NCBI GenBank assembly: GCA_965285935.1
Contig: OZ260666.1
Location: 37,076,001-37,140,000, forward strand
From: Ophelia neglecta
Taxonomy: Eukaryota
Length of the DNA stretch: 64,000 nt
Direction of reading: 5' to 3'
Made by a program: the position numbers and the translations under genes. Shown one piece after another: positions 61,401-64,000 of the stretch. The first letter of the stretch is position 1, and each line of letters begins with the position of its first letter. The notes beneath the pieces were generated by a model. It did no database searches, was not told where the DNA came from, and saw nothing but the letters and a program-made list of their open reading frames with translations.

Positions 61401-64000
61401 TGAGGAAATCCAGTTAGATATTTCCCAAGCTTCACTTGAAATAAAACCAGAAACTCAGATCTCTGAACAGATAACAGAACTAAAACCAGAAACTGTTTCA
61501 CAAGAATTAGTTATCCAAGTGGGAGAAACAGTTAAGCCTGAAGAAATCCAGTTTGAGGTTGCTGAGGCTGGAATTGAGCTTAAGCCTGAAACCCAAACTA
61601 CCGTCCAAGAGGCAGAAATGCAACCAGAAACTGTAACTGAAGAAGTGATCATCCAAACTGGCGAAAGCGTCCAACCTCAAGAGATCACAATGCAGGTTGT
61701 AGAAGCTGATGTCACCACACCTCAGGAGGCCCAGGTAGCAGAACAGAAGGAAAGGATCAGCCCTGAGACCGTCACGGAGGAGGTTGTGATCCCGTCTGGG
61801 GAAACTATTGAACCTCAAGAAATTGAGTTCCAGGTATCAGAGGCCCAGGTAGAGGAGAAAATGACCACCGAAGTCATCACACAACAGGTGGAGCCAAGGA
61901 GGGAATCAGTCACTCAAGAAATTGTGCTTCAAACAGGTGAGAAGGTAGAACCTGAAGAAACAGTTTTTGAAATATCTACGGCTTCAATTGACGTTAAACC
62001 TGAGACTCAAATTTTAGCACAGGTTACTGAAGTCGCGCCTGAAACTGTGACGCAGGAAATAGTCATCCAGACAGGAGAATCTATTAAACCTGAGGAGATC
62101 CAGTTAGATATTTCCCAAGCTTCAGTTGAAATAAAACCAGAAACTCAGATCTCTGAACAGATAACAGAACTAAAACCAGAAACTGTTTCACAAGAATTAG
62201 TTATCCAAGTGGGAGAAACAGTTAAGCCTGAAGAAATCCAGTTTGAGGTTGCTGAGGCTGGCATTGAGCTTAAGCCTGAAACCCAAACTACCATCCAAGA
62301 GGCAGAAATGCAACCAGAAACTGTAACTGAAGAGGTGATCATCCAAACCGGCGAAAGCGTCCAACCTCAAGAGATCACAATGCAGGTTGTAGAAGCTGAT
62401 GTCACCACACCTCAGGAGGCCCAGGTAGCAGAACAAAAGGAAAGGATCAGCCCTGAGACCATCACGGAGGAGGTTGTGATCCCGTCTGGGGAGACTATTG
62501 AACCTCAAGAAATTGAGTTCCAGGTATCAGAGGCCCAGGTAGAGGAGAAAATGACCACCGAAGTCATCACACAACAGGTGGAGCCGAGGAGGGAATCAGT
62601 CACTCAAGAAATTGTGCTTCAAACAGGTGAGAAGGTAGAACCAGAGGAAACAGTTTTTGACATATCGACGGCTTCAATTGACGTTAAACCCGAGACTCAA
62701 ATTTTAGAACAGGTAACAGACATTGTCCCCGAAACTGTGACCCAGGAAATAGTTATTGAGACAGGAGAATCTATTAAACCTGAGGAAATCCAGTTAGATA
62801 TTTCCCAAGCTTCAGTTGAAATAAAACCAGAAACTCAGATCTCTGAACAGATAACAGAACTGAAACCAGAAACTGTTTCGCAAGAATTAGTTATCCAAGT
62901 GGGAGAAACAGTTAAGCCTGATGAAATCCAGTTTGAGGTTGCTGAGGCTGGCATTGAGCTTAAGCCTGAAACCCAAACTACCATCCAAGAGGCAGAAATG
63001 CAACCAGAAACTGTAACTGAAGAGGTGATCATCCAAACTGGCGAAAGCGTCCAACCTCAAGAGATCACAATGCAGGTTGTAGAAGCTGATGTCACCACAC
63101 CTCAGGAGGCCCAGGTAGCAGAACAGAAGGAAAGGATCAGCCCTGAGACCGTCACGGAGGAGGTTGTGATCCCGTCTGGGGAGACTATTGAACCTAAAGA
63201 AATTGAGTTCCAGGTATCAGAGGGACAGGTAGAGGAGAAAATGACCACCGAAGTCATCACACAACAGGTGGAGCCGAGGAGGGAATCATTCACTCAAGAA
63301 ATTGTGCTTCAAACAGGTGAGAAGGTAGAACCAGAGGAAATAGTTTTTGACATATCTACGGCTTCAATTGACGTTAAACCCGAGACTCAAATTTTAGAAC
63401 AGGTAACAGACATTGTCCCCGAAACTGTGACCCAAGAAATAGTTATTGAGACAGGAGAATCTATCAAACCTGAGGAAATCCAGTTAGATATTTCCCAAGC
63501 TTCAGTAGAAATAAAACCAGAAACTCAGATCTCTGAACAGATAACAGAACTGAAACCAGAAACCGTTTCGCAAGAATTAGTTATCCAAGTGGGAGAAACA
63601 GTTAAGCCTGATGAAATCCAGTTTGAGATTGCTGAGGCCGGCATTGAGCTTAAGCCTGAAATCCAAACTACCATCCAAGAGGCAGAAATGCAACCAGAAA
63701 CTGTAACTGAAGAGGTTATCCTCCAAACTGGCGAAAGCGTCCAACCTCAAGAGATCACAATGCAGGTTGTAGAAGCTGATGTCACCACACCTCAGGAGGC
63801 CCAGGTAGCAGAACAGAAGGAAAGGATCAGCCCTGAGACCGTCACGGAGGAGGTTGTAATACAGACTGGGGAGACTATTGAACCTCAAGAAATTGAGTTC
63901 CAGGTATCAGAGGCCCAGGTAGAGGAGAAAATGACCACCCAAGTCATCACACAACAGGTGGAGCCGAGGAGGGAATCAGTCACTCAAGAAATTGTGCTTC
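52466..64000 (+). CDS. Giant exon (>11.5 kb, >3840 codons, runs off the window): 46-aa-unit repeats organised in higher-order repeats
   Basis: atttcag acceptor, phase 1; frame from 52468 (GQYETTKNVVTT...). I saw no stop in the parts I translated, and the ORF track lists no terminated ORF in this frame. Confidence 0.9.
55465..64000 (+). repeat. Coding 690-bp (230-aa = 5 x 46-aa) higher-order tandem repeat, >12 near-identical copies
   Basis: gagatcacaatgcaggttgtagaagctgat at 55471, 56161, 56851 ... 63751 (exact 690 spacing). Confidence 0.97.

Larger units (their letters stand above)
288..64000 (+). other. sls: Internal portion of a giant titin/connectin-family muscle gene (kettin/sallimus-like); 36 predicted exons, ~20 I-set Ig domains; start and end lie outside the window
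   Basis: Spliced exons form one frame. Kettin-type Ig (AHFETRLVPIGDP...GHRFRTVNDFGYVALDILY..PED.GIYSCKAVN), followed by an Ig ending DWRSLLKQAPR that resembles the kettin C-terminal Ig as I recall it, then further Ig and PEVK-like segments. The symbol denotes homology to Drosophila sallimus, not proven orthology. Confidence 0.85.

Noticed and set aside
55369-63888. Series of repeated minus-strand ORFs (MITSSVTVSG..., MRFNSLP...)
   Set aside because: Antisense shadows of the + strand 690-bp coding repeat; S/L/F-rich and without domain signal

Overview
Eukaryotic (invertebrate animal) genomic DNA; a lophotrochozoan or mollusc origin is only a weak inference. The whole window is an internal part of one giant + strand, intron-containing muscle gene of the titin/connectin family, homologous to kettin/sallimus. 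I traced 36 GT-AG exons whose phases join into one reading frame. They encode about 20 I-set Ig domains, Pro-rich and Glu/Val/Thr/Lys-rich (PEVK-like) segments, and two coding tandem arrays built on a 46-aa (138-bp) unit. The last exon starts at 52466 and is still open at the window end (>11.5 kb). It is missing from the ORF track because it has no stop, and it carries a 690-bp (5x138) higher-order repeat. The most interesting signals are: (1) three consecutive paralogous Ig-spacer-Ig exons (717, 2598 and 3408 nt, all phase 1-1) flanked by complementary intronic segments resembling a docking-site/selector system for mutually exclusive splicing, i.e. a candidate switchable-spring cassette; (2) candidate alternative terminal exons that would give short isoforms; (3) satellite-like hierarchical evolution of the coding repeat, with one RRxS (PKA-type) site per super-repeat. 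Introns contain a Helentron-associated (HINE/DINE-1-like) element, MITEs and local duplications of splice sites. All exon calls are manual and have no transcript evidence.
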